64,000 bases of DNA from Candidatus Pacearchaeota archaeon. Its GTDB lineage: Archaea > Nanobdellota > Nanobdellia > Pacearchaeales > GW2011-AR1. The position numbers and the translations under genes are program-made. The notes under the pieces are model-generated. The model had not been told where the DNA came from and ran no database searches. It saw nothing but the letters and a program-made list of their open reading frames with translations. The stretch lies in NCBI GenBank assembly GCA_026395815.1, contig JAPLXZ010000010.1, positions 70,659-134,658 of the forward strand. Reading direction: 5' to 3'. Of the stretch, positions 1-10,524 are shown piece after piece; within the stretch, counting starts at the first letter, position 1, and each line of letters begins with the position of its first letter.

Positions 1-1
1 A

Positions 2-232
2 AATCTTGGCAAGTATGTAGATATAAAAAAAAGTCCAAGAACTAAAACATTTATTAATGAAGCAAAAGGAATTTTTTATTTATTTTCTTATCCTGAAAAT
101 ATAAAAGAATTTTTTTGGTCTTTAGAATTAATATTCGCAAGACTTTATATTTGGATAATTGTTTTTTTCGAGGTATATTTAAGGAAGAAATATCATAAGG
201 ATAATTGGGAAAGGGTAGAAAGTGCTAGGTAA
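2..232 (+). CDS. 3' end of a CDS that starts upstream of the window (76 codons, hydrophobic C-terminus); product unknown
   Basis: Frame 2 is open from nt 2 to TAA at 230-232. It is absent from the ORF track because there is no start codon in the window. Confidence 0.35.
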   Translation, partial: NLGKYVDIKKSPRTKTFINEAKGIFYLFSYPENIKEFFWSLELIFARLYIWIIVFFEVYLRKKYHKDNWERVESAR

Positions 233-302
233 TTTATGCTTTAATTTAAGATATAGAGTATAAATTAATAATCCTTTTAAACCAAACAAATCTTTTTCGT
301 TT

Positions 303-1304
303 ATGGAAGGAAAAAAAGAAAGGGCGATTGTAACTGGCGGAGCTGGTTTTATTGGCGGCCATCTTGTTGAATTTCTTCTAAAAAATAATTTTGAAGTTAA
401 GGTAGTTGACAATATGGTAAATGGTCAGAGGGAAAATATAGAAAGATTCAAGGGCAATCCAAATTATCATTTTCATTTAAAAGATATAAGCCAGGATTTG
501 GAAGAAGAATTATTCTCTGATGCAGATTATGTTTTTCATATAGCAGGATTAGCAGATATTATCCCTTCAATAGAAAATCCTATTTCATATTATAATACGA
601 ATGTTACAGGAACAGTAAATGTATTGGAAGCTGCAAAAAAATCAAAAAACTTAAAGAAATTTGTTTATGCTGCTTCTTCCAGCTGTTATGGCATTCCTGA
701 TATATTTCCTACTCCAGAAACAGCAGAAATAAGGCCAGAATATCCTTATGCCTTGACAAAACGTTTAGGAGAAGAATGTGTTCTTCATTGGAATAAGGCA
801 TATCATCTTCCTGCTGTTTCTCTTAGATTATTCAATGTTTATGGGCCAAGAGCAAGAAGTAATAAAACCTACGGAGCAGTATTCAAGGTATTCCTAACTC
901 AAAAATTAAACGATGCTCCATTAACAATTGTAGGAGATGGAACACAAAAGAGGGATTTTGTTTTTATAGATGATGTTGTAAGAGCAATATACTATGCTGC
1001 AATTTCTGATTTATCAGGAGAATGCATAAACATAGGAAAAGGCCAGCCAAGAAGCATCAATGAACTTGCCTCAATGATATCAAATAAGCATGTTCACATA
1101 CCAAAAAGGCCAGGAGAACCGGATGCAACTTGGGCCGATATAAACAAAGCAAAAAAACTTTTAGATTGGCAGCCAAAAACTTCTTTAGAAGAAGGTGTCC
1201 AGATTATGCTAAATGACATAGAATACTGGAAAGATGCTCCTGTATGGACACCAGAAAGCATTCAAAAAGAAACTAAATCCTGGTTTGATCATTTAAATCA
1301 TTAA
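303..1304 (+). CDS. NAD-dependent nucleotide-sugar epimerase/dehydratase (extended SDR)
   Basis: GGAGFIGGHL Rossmann motif at the N-terminus; catalytic YPYALTK (YxxxK); typical length. Confidence 0.85.
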   Translation: MEGKKERAIVTGGAGFIGGHLVEFLLKNNFEVKVVDNMVNGQRENIERFKGNPNYHFHLKDISQDLEEELFSDADYVFHIAGLADIIPSIENPISYYNTNVTGTVNVLEAAKKSKNLKKFVYAASSSCYGIPDIFPTPETAEIRPEYPYALTKRLGEECVLHWNKAYHLPAVSLRLFNVYGPRARSNKTYGAVFKVFLTQKLNDAPLTIVGDGTQKRDFVFIDDVVRAIYYAAISDLSGECINIGKGQPRSINELASMISNKHVHIPKRPGEPDATWADINKAKKLLDWQPKTSLEEGVQIMLNDIEYWKDAPVWTPESIQKETKSWFDHLNH

Positions 1305-1369
1305 AATGTCTATTTCTCTTTACATAAATACTTATAAATTAAATCTTTTTCCATCAACAATAGTTTAAA

Positions 1370-2449
1370 ATGGGGACGATAGATCGCTCTGAACATCTTG
1401 AAAATAGAAAAGAATATCTTTCTAAATTCAAAAAAAAATTTAGATTAGAACAATTATCTAATAATTTAGATTCTTTAAAGAATATCCAAGTGTTGTGTAT
1501 TGGAGATGCCGTTATCGATAGATATGTTTTTGTTAATCCTAAAGGAAGAGCCCTAAAAGACCCAATTCTTTCTACAAGATTTGAATCAGAAGAGAATTAT
1601 ACAGGGGGAGTTTTGGCTGTTGCAAATCATTTGAGTTCTTATGTAAATAGAATAGATCTTGTGACTCTTATTGGAGATAAGAATCCACAGACAGAATTTA
1701 TACGCCACTCATTATCAAAAAATGTTAAGCCAAAATTATTTGTAAAACCTAATTCCCCAACAACCCTCAAAATGAGATATTTAGATAGATACAGAGGAAA
1801 TAAATTATTTAAGGTAGAGGACATGAATGATGATCCTATTTCCCAAAGTCTTTCAAGCGAAATAATGGCCTATCTTTCTAAAGAACTGCCGAATTACGGT
1901 TTAGTTTTGCTTTTGGATTATGACCATGGATTTTTGAATGATGAAATAAGAAAATTAATACAAGAAAAATCTAAATCTCTTTCTCTCAACTGCCAGGTAA
2001 ATAGCGCTAACATGGGATATAGTTATGTTGACAGATATAAAAGAGCAGATTTTATTACTATGAATGATGCAGAGATAAGGCTTCCAATGAGAATGCAATT
2101 CGAAGACATTGAAAAAGTTATTGACAAATTTTATGAGAAATTAAAATATCCTAAATTCTTGGTAACCACAGGAAAAATCGGATGCACTTTCTTTGATGAT
2201 GGGAAAAAGTATTCCTCTCCAACTTTAACAGACAAAGTTGTAGATACAGTAGGAGCAGGCGATTCTGTCTTTGCAATTACAAGTTTATTTGTTTATTCTG
2301 GATTTAATGATGAAAGAGTGCCTTTTATTGCAAATTGTGTAGGAGGCATTGATGCAAACATTTTGGGAAATAAGGAATTTGTTGACAGGCAAAAATTACT
2401 CACTTTTATTAAAAATCTTTATGATGGAGTAGGAAATGGAATGGGATGA
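1370..2449 (+). CDS. PfkB-family sugar kinase, RfaE domain I/HldA-like (candidate heptose-7-phosphate kinase)
   Basis: C-terminal VDTVGAGDSVFA ribokinase-family signature; overlaps the downstream gmhA-like gene. Confidence 0.65.
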   Translation: MGTIDRSEHLENRKEYLSKFKKKFRLEQLSNNLDSLKNIQVLCIGDAVIDRYVFVNPKGRALKDPILSTRFESEENYTGGVLAVANHLSSYVNRIDLVTLIGDKNPQTEFIRHSLSKNVKPKLFVKPNSPTTLKMRYLDRYRGNKLFKVEDMNDDPISQSLSSEIMAYLSKELPNYGLVLLLDYDHGFLNDEIRKLIQEKSKSLSLNCQVNSANMGYSYVDRYKRADFITMNDAEIRLPMRMQFEDIEKVIDKFYEKLKYPKFLVTTGKIGCTFFDDGKKYSSPTLTDKVVDTVGAGDSVFAITSLFVYSGFNDERVPFIANCVGGIDANILGNKEFVDRQKLLTFIKNLYDGVGNGMG

Positions 2450-2990
2450 TTATAAGAAAAGAATAAAAAATGCACTGGATATTTTTGTTTTTGATAAAGG
2501 TATTTTGGAAGTTTTAAAAAATTCTGCCAGGAAAAAACAAACTATTTTCGTAGCAGGCAATGGTGGAAGTGCAGCTACTGCGAATCATTACGCTTCTGAT
2601 TTTTCCAAAGGAGCAAATAAAAACTGGAAAAATAATCCATCCAGATTTCAAGCCATTCCTCTTTCTTCAAATATAGAGTATATGACTGCAATCGCGAATG
2701 ATTTGGCTTTCAAAGAAGTGTTTAAGCAACAGTTAGTCAATCTTGCTTCAAAAGATGACATTGCTATTTTTATATCTGCTTCAGGAAACAGTCCTAATAT
2801 TGTAACAGCAGCAGAATATGCAAAAAAACTCGAGATGATTGTTATCGGAATTACTGGATTTGAAGGAGGAAAATTAAAAGAAATAGCAGATTATTCTGCA
2901 CATATCAAATCTCCTTCTTATGAAGTTTCAGAGGACATTCATAGCATATTCGGCCATTTTTTAACTGCTTATTTAAGAGAAAACAGTTAA
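2436..2990 (+). CDS. gmhA: SIS-domain phosphoheptose isomerase
   Basis: GNGGSAATANHYASDF motif and ~184 aa length typical of GmhA. Confidence 0.8.
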   Translation: MEWDDYKKRIKNALDIFVFDKGILEVLKNSARKKQTIFVAGNGGSAATANHYASDFSKGANKNWKNNPSRFQAIPLSSNIEYMTAIANDLAFKEVFKQQLVNLASKDDIAIFISASGNSPNIVTAAEYAKKLEMIVIGITGFEGGKLKEIADYSAHIKSPSYEVSEDIHSIFGHFLTAYLRENS

Positions 2991-3008
2991 ATTAGGATTA
3001 GTAATTTT

Positions 3009-4097
3009 CTATCCGATAGCAAGATACATTTTTATTGTCCTTACAGATTGTTCATATCTCTCATTTTCTTTGGAATCTATATACAATGCTTTTAAATTTG
3101 ATGCTAATCCTGCATCTTCATCTCTGTCTCCAAAAACTATTATCTTGCTGAAATCAGAAATATTTTCTCCAAATTTTTTTAAGCCATCCAATACCATTGC
3201 GTCTCCTGGCTTTCTTTTGGTTGTATCTTTTATGAAATCAGGATTGAATTGAATCTTTTCTTTTTTATAATCTGCAAATTTTTTATCAACATCAGGGCAA
3301 TATTGCCAATCATCTATCTTAATTCCTTTTTGCAGCAGAAGCCCATTTATGTAACTATTTATCTCTTCAACTCTGTTACAGCTAAAATAATTTCTAGCAA
3401 CTCCTGCTTGATTGCTTACAACTATCTTTCTTGTTTTGTATTTTGTTTGAAGAAAAGAAATAAGATTGATAAAATTATCTTTTAGTTTAACTTTGCTTTT
3501 CCAATTCTCTTCTTTTCCAAGCCAATTCTCTTCTTCTATAAGTGTCCCATCTCTGTCAATGCAAAGAAGAATCTTTTCTATATCTACTTTATTTTTTATA
3601 TAGTCTATAATTTCTGTTGTTCCTAATTTTGGATCATGAGTATACATCATCTTTCCTCCTAAATCTTCAATTGTTTGGCGCTCTGCATTTATTCCAGGAG
3701 TATTTTTGTTTATGAAATCAGGCCCTTTGATATAAAAAGAAGGTTTAAGCTGTTTAATTGTTTCAATGCCGGACTTATAATTTGAGATGATTACATAGTC
3801 CACATTTTTTAGATTGGCTACCATATATGCTCTTAATACATCTGAAAAAATTGGTCTTCCAGAACCTTTTCTTGAACTTACAAACTGGTCAGATGTAATG
3901 GAAACAAACAAAAAATCGCATAATCCTTTAGCAGATTCAAAATGTTTTATTTGACCAGGATGAAGCAAATCAAAACCGCCATGGCATAAACCAACTTTCT
4001 TTCCGTCTTCTTTTAATTTTGAAATCAAAGCAGAAGCTTGTTCTAAACTAACAATATTCTTAGCAGTATAAACTTCAATGTTGTTTACTGGAAGCAT
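3009..4097 (-). CDS. Fusion: cytidylyltransferase-fold heptose-1-phosphate nucleotidyltransferase (RfaE domain II/HldC-like) + HAD-IIIA heptose-1,7-bisphosphate phosphatase (GmhB-like)
   Basis: N-terminal half has GLCHGGFDLLHPGQIKHF (HxGH class). C-terminal half has CIDRDGT, SNQAGVARN, KRKPGDAM and FGDRDEDAG HAD motifs. Confidence 0.7.
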   Translation of the reverse strand: MLPVNNIEVYTAKNIVSLEQASALISKLKEDGKKVGLCHGGFDLLHPGQIKHFESAKGLCDFLFVSITSDQFVSSRKGSGRPIFSDVLRAYMVANLKNVDYVIISNYKSGIETIKQLKPSFYIKGPDFINKNTPGINAERQTIEDLGGKMMYTHDPKLGTTEIIDYIKNKVDIEKILLCIDRDGTLIEEENWLGKEENWKSKVKLKDNFINLISFLQTKYKTRKIVVSNQAGVARNYFSCNRVEEINSYINGLLLQKGIKIDDWQYCPDVDKKFADYKKEKIQFNPDFIKDTTKRKPGDAMVLDGLKKFGENISDFSKIIVFGDRDEDAGLASNLKALYIDSKENERYEQSVRTIKMYLAIG

Positions 4098-4182
4098 GAA
4101 TAATTCTCGCGTTGTTTATTTTATAAATATTATGGAGGTTTACTAACAAAACTAATAAAAACCCCTTATTCTAAGATTATTC

Positions 4183-5859
4183 GTGGAAGAGGATATTGAA
4201 AAGAGAAAGTCAAATATAGCGAATAATCTCAAGAAGAAACTTTTTTCTTGGGTTAAAGATAATTATGATATTGTATTTATCTTAGTCTTGATAGCCGCGT
4301 TTATAATACGATTTTGGATTTTTACAAAGACTATAAATCAACCATTATGGTGGGATGAAGCAACTTACCTTGCTACTGCAAAAAGATGGGGACTTGGATT
4401 GAATATCACTGATGTTTGGTATTACAGAAGAGCATTTTTTTGGCCAGCTTTTTGTGCCCTATTTTTTAAATCAGGATTAGGAGAAACCGGAATAAGGCTT
4501 TCTGAAGTAGTTTTTTCAACAGGGATCATAGCAGTGTCTTATTTTTTAATAAGAGACATGTTTGATAAAAAATCAGCTTTGTTAGCGAGTTTAGGATTAA
4601 CCTTCTCCTGGGTTTTCTTATTTTTTACTGGTAGACCTATGACTGAAATACCATCCGCTTTCTTTCTTTTACTAGCTCTGTTTTTCTTTTGGAAAGGATA
4701 TGTCTTAGATAAAGGAAAAAAATTCTTTTGTTTTTTTGCAATATCATATGCAATAGCTGTCTTAATTCGTTTTCAGCACATGATGTTTGCCATTCCAATT
4801 ATTTTATTTATTTTTGCTAGGGAAAGAATGAAAATGTTCAAAAATAAGAAACTTTGGATAAGTGTTGGCATTTTTCTTCTTTGCCTGATTCCTTTCTTTA
4901 TATTATATTCAATGCATTATGGATTCTTTTTAACAGATATCCTTAAGCATTACTTTGGAATGGGAGATCTCAATGGAGCAGTTTCTGTAGCAGCAGACAA
5001 GGGTTTTCTTGATTCCTTCAGTTTTTTCTTAGATTCTCCCTATCTATTGACAGGAAAATCTCCCGGAGTAACAGGCATAGACAAAATCTTGATTGTTCTT
5101 TCTTTAATTATCGGTTCCCTTTACTTTTTCATGAACTTGTTTCTTGGAATTGACAAGGTTTTCAAAGATGAAAAAATCCAAAAAATATTTTTTGTTTTTG
5201 TATGGATAGTTATTCCTCTTATCATCTTAAGTCGTATAAGCGGACTTGTAGAACAAAGATATGTAATGCCTATTCTCCCATTTTTATTCTTAATGATCTC
5301 TACCTTTTTTATAAAAATAGAAGAGATGGCAAATAAATTCCTAAAGTTAAAGAAAAATCTTGCGTTTATTTTGCTTTTTTTGCTTCTAATAGTGCTTCTT
5401 ATTCCTAATCTTACATGGGGAAGAGATCTTATAGACAACAAACTAACATCCTATTCAGAGATACAAAAAGCAGGTTTATGGATAAAAGAAAATTCAAACC
5501 CAGGGGATATCATTATCACTTCTTCATATCCTCAAATTTCTTATTATTCAGAGAGGTCAATAACGACATTTACATCAAAAGGAAATCCAGAAGAAAAAAT
5601 TGAGATGACCCAAGAGGAATTCAAGCAATTTGTAGAATCAGAAAAGCCAAGATATATCATACTTTATGCTTATCAACCACATCCAGATTGGGTTCCTTCT
5701 TATCTCCAAAACGAAAGTGGCAAATGGATTCCAGTTAAGGTTTATCCATCACAAGAACAACCTGTATTGATTATATATGAATTGAAAGATTTTATACCTG
5801 AATTAAATAATAGTCCTTCAATCTCACAGAATCAAACCTCTCAGAATAAAACTAATTAA
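4183..5859 (+). CDS. GT-C fold membrane glycosyltransferase (ArnT/PMT, GT39/83-like)
   Basis: Many TM segments; WWDEATY acidic motif in the first loop; soluble C-terminal domain; GTG start. Confidence 0.6.
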   Translation: MEEDIEKRKSNIANNLKKKLFSWVKDNYDIVFILVLIAAFIIRFWIFTKTINQPLWWDEATYLATAKRWGLGLNITDVWYYRRAFFWPAFCALFFKSGLGETGIRLSEVVFSTGIIAVSYFLIRDMFDKKSALLASLGLTFSWVFLFFTGRPMTEIPSAFFLLLALFFFWKGYVLDKGKKFFCFFAISYAIAVLIRFQHMMFAIPIILFIFARERMKMFKNKKLWISVGIFLLCLIPFFILYSMHYGFFLTDILKHYFGMGDLNGAVSVAADKGFLDSFSFFLDSPYLLTGKSPGVTGIDKILIVLSLIIGSLYFFMNLFLGIDKVFKDEKIQKIFFVFVWIVIPLIILSRISGLVEQRYVMPILPFLFLMISTFFIKIEEMANKFLKLKKNLAFILLFLLLIVLLIPNLTWGRDLIDNKLTSYSEIQKAGLWIKENSNPGDIIITSSYPQISYYSERSITTFTSKGNPEEKIEMTQEEFKQFVESEKPRYIILYAYQPHPDWVPSYLQNESGKWIPVKVYPSQEQPVLIIYELKDFIPELNNSPSISQNQTSQNKTN

Positions 5860-6404
5860 TAATAAGCATTCTTATATTTTAAGAAATAGCTTATTGTAAG
5901 AAAATTTAATTTTTTTACTGGAATAAAATTTTTATCAAGAATATCTTTTATTTTTTTATAAGCAGTTATATGATCAACTGCTCTTTCCCTCTTCCCAAGT
6001 AGCTTCCTTCCTTTTCTTGAAATCCAATTTTCAGTTGGAACACATACAATCAATTCAAAATTTCCCATTCTCTTGAAATTTTTAATAATATCTAATAATT
6101 CATCTTGAGGAATATGTTCGAACACATCAATAGCAAAAATTTTATTTGGCAACATTTTTCTATAATCTCTTATCTCAGTTTGTTTGGGATTTATATCATA
6201 TCCAGCAATATGATGCTTTGGAATTATTCTTTTAAGCCACTTGTCTCCACAGCCAAAATCTAAGATGATATCACTTTCTTTTAAATTTGCAAAGCGAATT
6301 ATTTGATTAAACTTCAACCTAAAAAAATATTTAACTATCAGATTTGTGGACATAGTCGTGTCTTTATTGCTGCTTTCTTTCATATTCTTGCCTTCCCATC
6401 CCAA
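5856..6404 (-). CDS. Class I SAM-dependent methyltransferase
   Basis: ILDFGCGDKW motif I; acidic IDVFEH motif. Confidence 0.6.
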   Translation of the reverse strand: MGWEGKNMKESSNKDTTMSTNLIVKYFFRLKFNQIIRFANLKESDIILDFGCGDKWLKRIIPKHHIAGYDINPKQTEIRDYRKMLPNKIFAIDVFEHIPQDELLDIIKNFKRMGNFELIVCVPTENWISRKGRKLLGKRERAVDHITAYKKIKDILDKNFIPVKKLNFLTISYFLKYKNAYY

Positions 6405-7594
6405 ATTTTTGGAATTTTAATCTTCATTGCCTTAAGGATTGTCGGAGCGATGTCATATAATTTCATATAGTTAAGTTTTTTGTTATTTATATCGAATCCA
6501 TTCATAATAAAAACTCCAGATAGCTCCAGAGATTTCTTGGTATATCCATGCATAGACTTTACTATTGCAGTATCTCTAAAAAAATCAGGATAAATTTGTT
6601 CTCCTGGTTTTACACAGGCAAGCAGATCTCCAACAAATTCTCTTTTGTAGGGTATGAATAATTTTTTTTCTATATTCTTTTCATCATAAATTAAGTATCC
6701 TTCTTTTTTGAGTTCTTTTTTTAGCTTTAGTTTTGTAGAATTGTCAGGATTATTAAGCCAGATTTGAACGCTTGTTGAACCTAAGAAGTATTCACAATCA
6801 TACTCTTTTAAGATAGGCAAAATGTTTTTTGTTTTCTTGACCTTTACACCTCCATGATCAGAAAAAACAATCAAATTCAAACCAGCATTTTTTTCAGCAA
6901 TTTCTCTTATTTTATCGTCTATAATTTTTATGTAATCCAATGATTTTTTGCTGTGCAACCCATATTTATGTTCTATAGAATCCAGTTTCCAAACATGCAA
7001 ATAAACAGTATCATATTTTTTTAATAATCTTTCTGCTTTATCTAACTCTTTTAAATCTCCTTTTTTAAAATAAAACCAAGTTTTTTTATTGTCGGATATT
7101 ACAGGAAATTCCATTCCAACATAAGAAATACCATTTTTTCTAAGAACATCAAATAATGTTGGAACAGGAAGCGGATTATGTTCAAAATGCATCTTATCCA
7201 CACTAACTTCAAAGTTTTTTAGGATGTCTAAAGGAATCTTGTTTGATTTTAAAAAGCGGGTTTTTCCTTGCATCAACCGGATAAGATTAATATACCTATC
7301 AACAATAAATCGGTTTATCTCTTCTGCATTTAAAGCTTCAAACATTCTTAAAAGAGGTTTTATATATTTAATTTTTGAAAAGGTTCCTTTTGGATTTAGA
7401 TAATACCATGCCCATACATTATGTTTCAAAGGCAAGCAGCCAGAAAGCATACTATATTCAATATGATATCCTGCAGGAATTGTTGTAAGTTCTCCATAAA
7501 CCCCCCTTTTAGCTAGTCCATATATAAATGGGCAATTCTTTTCCTTTAAATCACTAAAACTAAATGCATCTATAAACAAAATCAAAGTTTTCAT
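6380..7594 (-). CDS. Alkaline-phosphatase superfamily enzyme (nucleotide pyrophosphatase/phosphodiesterase-like)
   Basis: N-terminal LILFIDAFS metal-site-like segment and FSDHGG motif. Confidence 0.5.
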   Translation of the reverse strand: MKTLILFIDAFSFSDLKEKNCPFIYGLAKRGVYGELTTIPAGYHIEYSMLSGCLPLKHNVWAWYYLNPKGTFSKIKYIKPLLRMFEALNAEEINRFIVDRYINLIRLMQGKTRFLKSNKIPLDILKNFEVSVDKMHFEHNPLPVPTLFDVLRKNGISYVGMEFPVISDNKKTWFYFKKGDLKELDKAERLLKKYDTVYLHVWKLDSIEHKYGLHSKKSLDYIKIIDDKIREIAEKNAGLNLIVFSDHGGVKVKKTKNILPILKEYDCEYFLGSTSVQIWLNNPDNSTKLKLKKELKKEGYLIYDEKNIEKKLFIPYKREFVGDLLACVKPGEQIYPDFFRDTAIVKSMHGYTKKSLELSGVFIMNGFDINNKKLNYMKLYDIAPTILKAMKIKIPKIWDGKARI

Positions 7595-7599
7595 AATCC

Positions 7600-8595
7600 T
7601 TATAATAACCTCCTAGCCTTGTACCATTCGACTGTTTCTTTTATGCCCTCTTCCAAAGGAATTAATCTTTTATATTTCAATTTCTTTTTTGCTTTGCTTA
7701 TATCTATAACATTATCCTTGCTCATCCATTCTGCAGTTCCAGAGTTAAATGGCGCTTTTTTCTTAAAAATTAAAAAAACTTTTTCTATGATTAATCCACT
7801 AGCCTTAACACTCCATACAGGAATAGAAATGGGAAATAATTTTTTGTTTTCAGCTTCTGCAATTTTCCCAAAAACTTCTTTTATTGTATAAGTTTCACCG
7901 TCGCTGATATTGTAACTTTCAAGATTTTTTCCGTATTTATCTGCAAGCAAAATTCCGTTTACAAGATTTTTTACATAACAGAATTCCAATTTTGCCTGGC
8001 CTTTTTTTAACAAAGGAAAAAAACCAGTATCTATCAATTTGAATAATCTAAGAAACTGAGAATCTCTTGGTCCAAAAACCATTGGAGGTCTTACAACAAT
8101 CAATTTAATTTTATTTTTTTTGCAGAAATCTATTGCCAATTCTTCTCCTTGTTTTTTGCTTTCTCCATAATAACTTACAGGAAGTTTAGAAGAATTTTCT
8201 GTTAAAGAATTTCTATCTCTAGAAAATCCGAAAACAGACATGCTGGATACATGAATTATCTTTTTTATTTTCTGTTTTTTGCATGCCTCCAAAAGATTTC
8301 TTGTCCCATATAAATTGACATCAAAATATTTTTGTTTAGGTATGTTCATAGGCCTTGAAATTGCAGCAAGATGAAAAACTTTGTTTGTTCCTTTTAATGC
8401 TTTTATCAGAGAGGTTTTGTCCAACAAATCTCCTTCTACAATTTCTATTTTGTTTCTAATTTCTTTTGAGAAATCGTGGATATATCCAATTTCATTTAAA
8501 TTTCTGACTAAAACTCTAACCTTTTCTTTTCTTTTTGTAAGTTCTTCAGCTAAATGACTTCCGATAAAACCGCTGGCCCCTGTTATTAATATCAT
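7600..8595 (-). CDS. NAD-dependent epimerase/dehydratase (SDR)
   Basis: ILITGASGFIGSHL motif; YGESKKQ (YxxxK). Confidence 0.8.
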   Translation of the reverse strand: MILITGASGFIGSHLAEELTKRKEKVRVLVRNLNEIGYIHDFSKEIRNKIEIVEGDLLDKTSLIKALKGTNKVFHLAAISRPMNIPKQKYFDVNLYGTRNLLEACKKQKIKKIIHVSSMSVFGFSRDRNSLTENSSKLPVSYYGESKKQGEELAIDFCKKNKIKLIVVRPPMVFGPRDSQFLRLFKLIDTGFFPLLKKGQAKLEFCYVKNLVNGILLADKYGKNLESYNISDGETYTIKEVFGKIAEAENKKLFPISIPVWSVKASGLIIEKVFLIFKKKAPFNSGTAEWMSKDNVIDISKAKKKLKYKRLIPLEEGIKETVEWYKARRLL

Positions 8596-8596
8596 T

Positions 8597-9733
8597 TTAT
8601 ACCAACTTTTGTAGATAATATATTGAATATAATTTAAGTATCCTTTCTCTTAAAGGCTCTGTTTTTTTTGTTAATTTTCTCAAATATTTTTTCGCTTCTT
8701 CTTTTTCATTAAAAGAATACAAAAGTAAAGAAATTGCTATAATCAGTCCAGAATCTCTCCATCTTAATAAGCTTCTAAGCAAAGTTTCCTTTTTTTTGAG
8801 ACCAGCAATAAAAAATCTTATATTCAGATAATATTGGCCAAAAAAAAGATACTCACTATTTAAGTAATCATTAAAATATCGATAAGGGAGTCTTTTATAA
8901 ACAATTCTGCAGATTTCCTTCCAATTTTCAGATTTTATTTTCAAATGTTCTCTAATTATTTTTTTAAGAGTCCATTCAACCCATTTTTTTGATTCTTCAA
9001 ATAACTTATCTGTTTCTTTTGTCTCATATCCATGATATAGCTTTGCTTTTGTAGCCAGGCTAACAAGTCTTTTTAATTCTTCAGGAACATTCAATGATTT
9101 GAATATTTTTTCTCTATCTTGATATCTTGAAACATATTTCCCTTCAAAAATCAATAATGCTGAACACAAGTCAGTAAGTCCTTTAACAGCATAAATTGAC
9201 TTTATCTCCTTTGAGTTTCCTTCTGCAATAGAAAAATGATCTATCTTATTGAATAGCAATCTTATTGCATCGGATTTTGAAATCTTAATTTCTGGAATTT
9301 TATCTAAAATTTTCTCGTTGCTATAAATTACTAAACTTGTCTTTAAATCAAATGTTCTTTGAGTCGGATAAAGTTTCTTTAGTTTTCTAAGTTCTATAAA
9401 ATGCAAATCAACATGAAAAAATTGATTAATATCATAGTTTCCATTAAACTTTTCAACTATTTCTAAACCCCCCCGATTAATAGCCCCCGCACATCTTTCT
9501 TCCAATTCTTTGATAGTGTTCTCCCCTGTTTTCCTTTTGGTTATAACGTATAAATCATAATCATTTAAAGGAACGATTTTTCCTCTAATTTTCTTAAAAC
9601 TACCTCCACCATGCCCAAATCCTCCAAAGAGAATTATTGCTTCAGGTTTAATTTCATTAAGAATAACTTTCTTTATAATTTCAATATCTTTTTCAATCTT
9701 TTTATCTGCTTCTTTGGAAACAGTATATTTCAT
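8597..9733 (-). CDS. Hypothetical protein with a possible Pol-beta-type nucleotidyltransferase N-domain
   Basis: FGGFGHGGGS...NDYDLYV resembles the GS...DxD NTase signature; the rest is helical. Confidence 0.3.
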   Translation of the reverse strand: MKYTVSKEADKKIEKDIEIIKKVILNEIKPEAIILFGGFGHGGGSFKKIRGKIVPLNDYDLYVITKRKTGENTIKELEERCAGAINRGGLEIVEKFNGNYDINQFFHVDLHFIELRKLKKLYPTQRTFDLKTSLVIYSNEKILDKIPEIKISKSDAIRLLFNKIDHFSIAEGNSKEIKSIYAVKGLTDLCSALLIFEGKYVSRYQDREKIFKSLNVPEELKRLVSLATKAKLYHGYETKETDKLFEESKKWVEWTLKKIIREHLKIKSENWKEICRIVYKRLPYRYFNDYLNSEYLFFGQYYLNIRFFIAGLKKKETLLRSLLRWRDSGLIIAISLLLYSFNEKEEAKKYLRKLTKKTEPLRERILKLYSIYYLQKLV

Positions 9734-9818
9734 ATTAATTCCTAACTATACCCTATTAAAAAGATTTCTGTTGATTTATCATAATTATCTTTATAAATAG
9801 TTCTTTGCAGATACTTTC

Positions 9819-10517
9819 ATGAACGGGTTATCTCTAATAATTCCCGCCCATAACTCTGGGAGAGTTATAGAAAATTCTTTATACAGATATTATGAGGCTT
9901 TCTCAAAGAAATTCAAATATTTTGAGATGATTGTTATTTGCAATGATTGTATTGACAATACTGTGAGTATATGTAAAAATCTTGAAAAAAAATTGCCGAT
10001 AAGAACAATTGAGATTCCTCAAAGAGGAAAAGGCTACGCTTTAATTCATGGATTTAATGAAGCAAGATTTGACATCATGGGATTTTTGGATGCTGATAAT
10101 CCATTTGATTTAAAAAAAATATCTGTTATGATAGATAGATTAGACAGAGTTCATATAGCAATTGTTTCAAAATATCTAAAAGGAAATAAAAAAAGACAAG
10201 AATCTATTTCGAGAAGATTAGTTTCTTTGGCAAGCAGCGTTGTTTCAAAGTTTTTTTTTAATCTCCCCTTTGCAGACACGCAAGCAGGAGCAAAATTTTT
10301 CAGAAAAGAAGTTTGGGATAAAATAAATAAGAATCAGAAAGAATTTATTTGCAAGGGTTTTGATTGGGATATAGAATTTTTATACAGAGTAAGAAAGAAC
10401 AGGTTTAGAGTATTAGAAATGTACATTTCTGTCGCATATGGCAAATTCAGCACTTTTAGATTGAAATATCTTCCAGGAATTTTAAAGAGACTTTTAAAAT
10501 TAAGGTTTTTAAGATGA
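9819..10517 (+). CDS. GT2 glycosyltransferase (dolichyl-phosphate hexose synthase-like)
   Basis: LSLIIPAHN start and LDADNP (DxD) motif. Confidence 0.7.
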   Translation: MNGLSLIIPAHNSGRVIENSLYRYYEAFSKKFKYFEMIVICNDCIDNTVSICKNLEKKLPIRTIEIPQRGKGYALIHGFNEARFDIMGFLDADNPFDLKKISVMIDRLDRVHIAIVSKYLKGNKKRQESISRRLVSLASSVVSKFFFNLPFADTQAGAKFFRKEVWDKINKNQKEFICKGFDWDIEFLYRVRKNRFRVLEMYISVAYGKFSTFRLKYLPGILKRLLKLRFLR

Positions 10518-10524
10518 AAATAAA

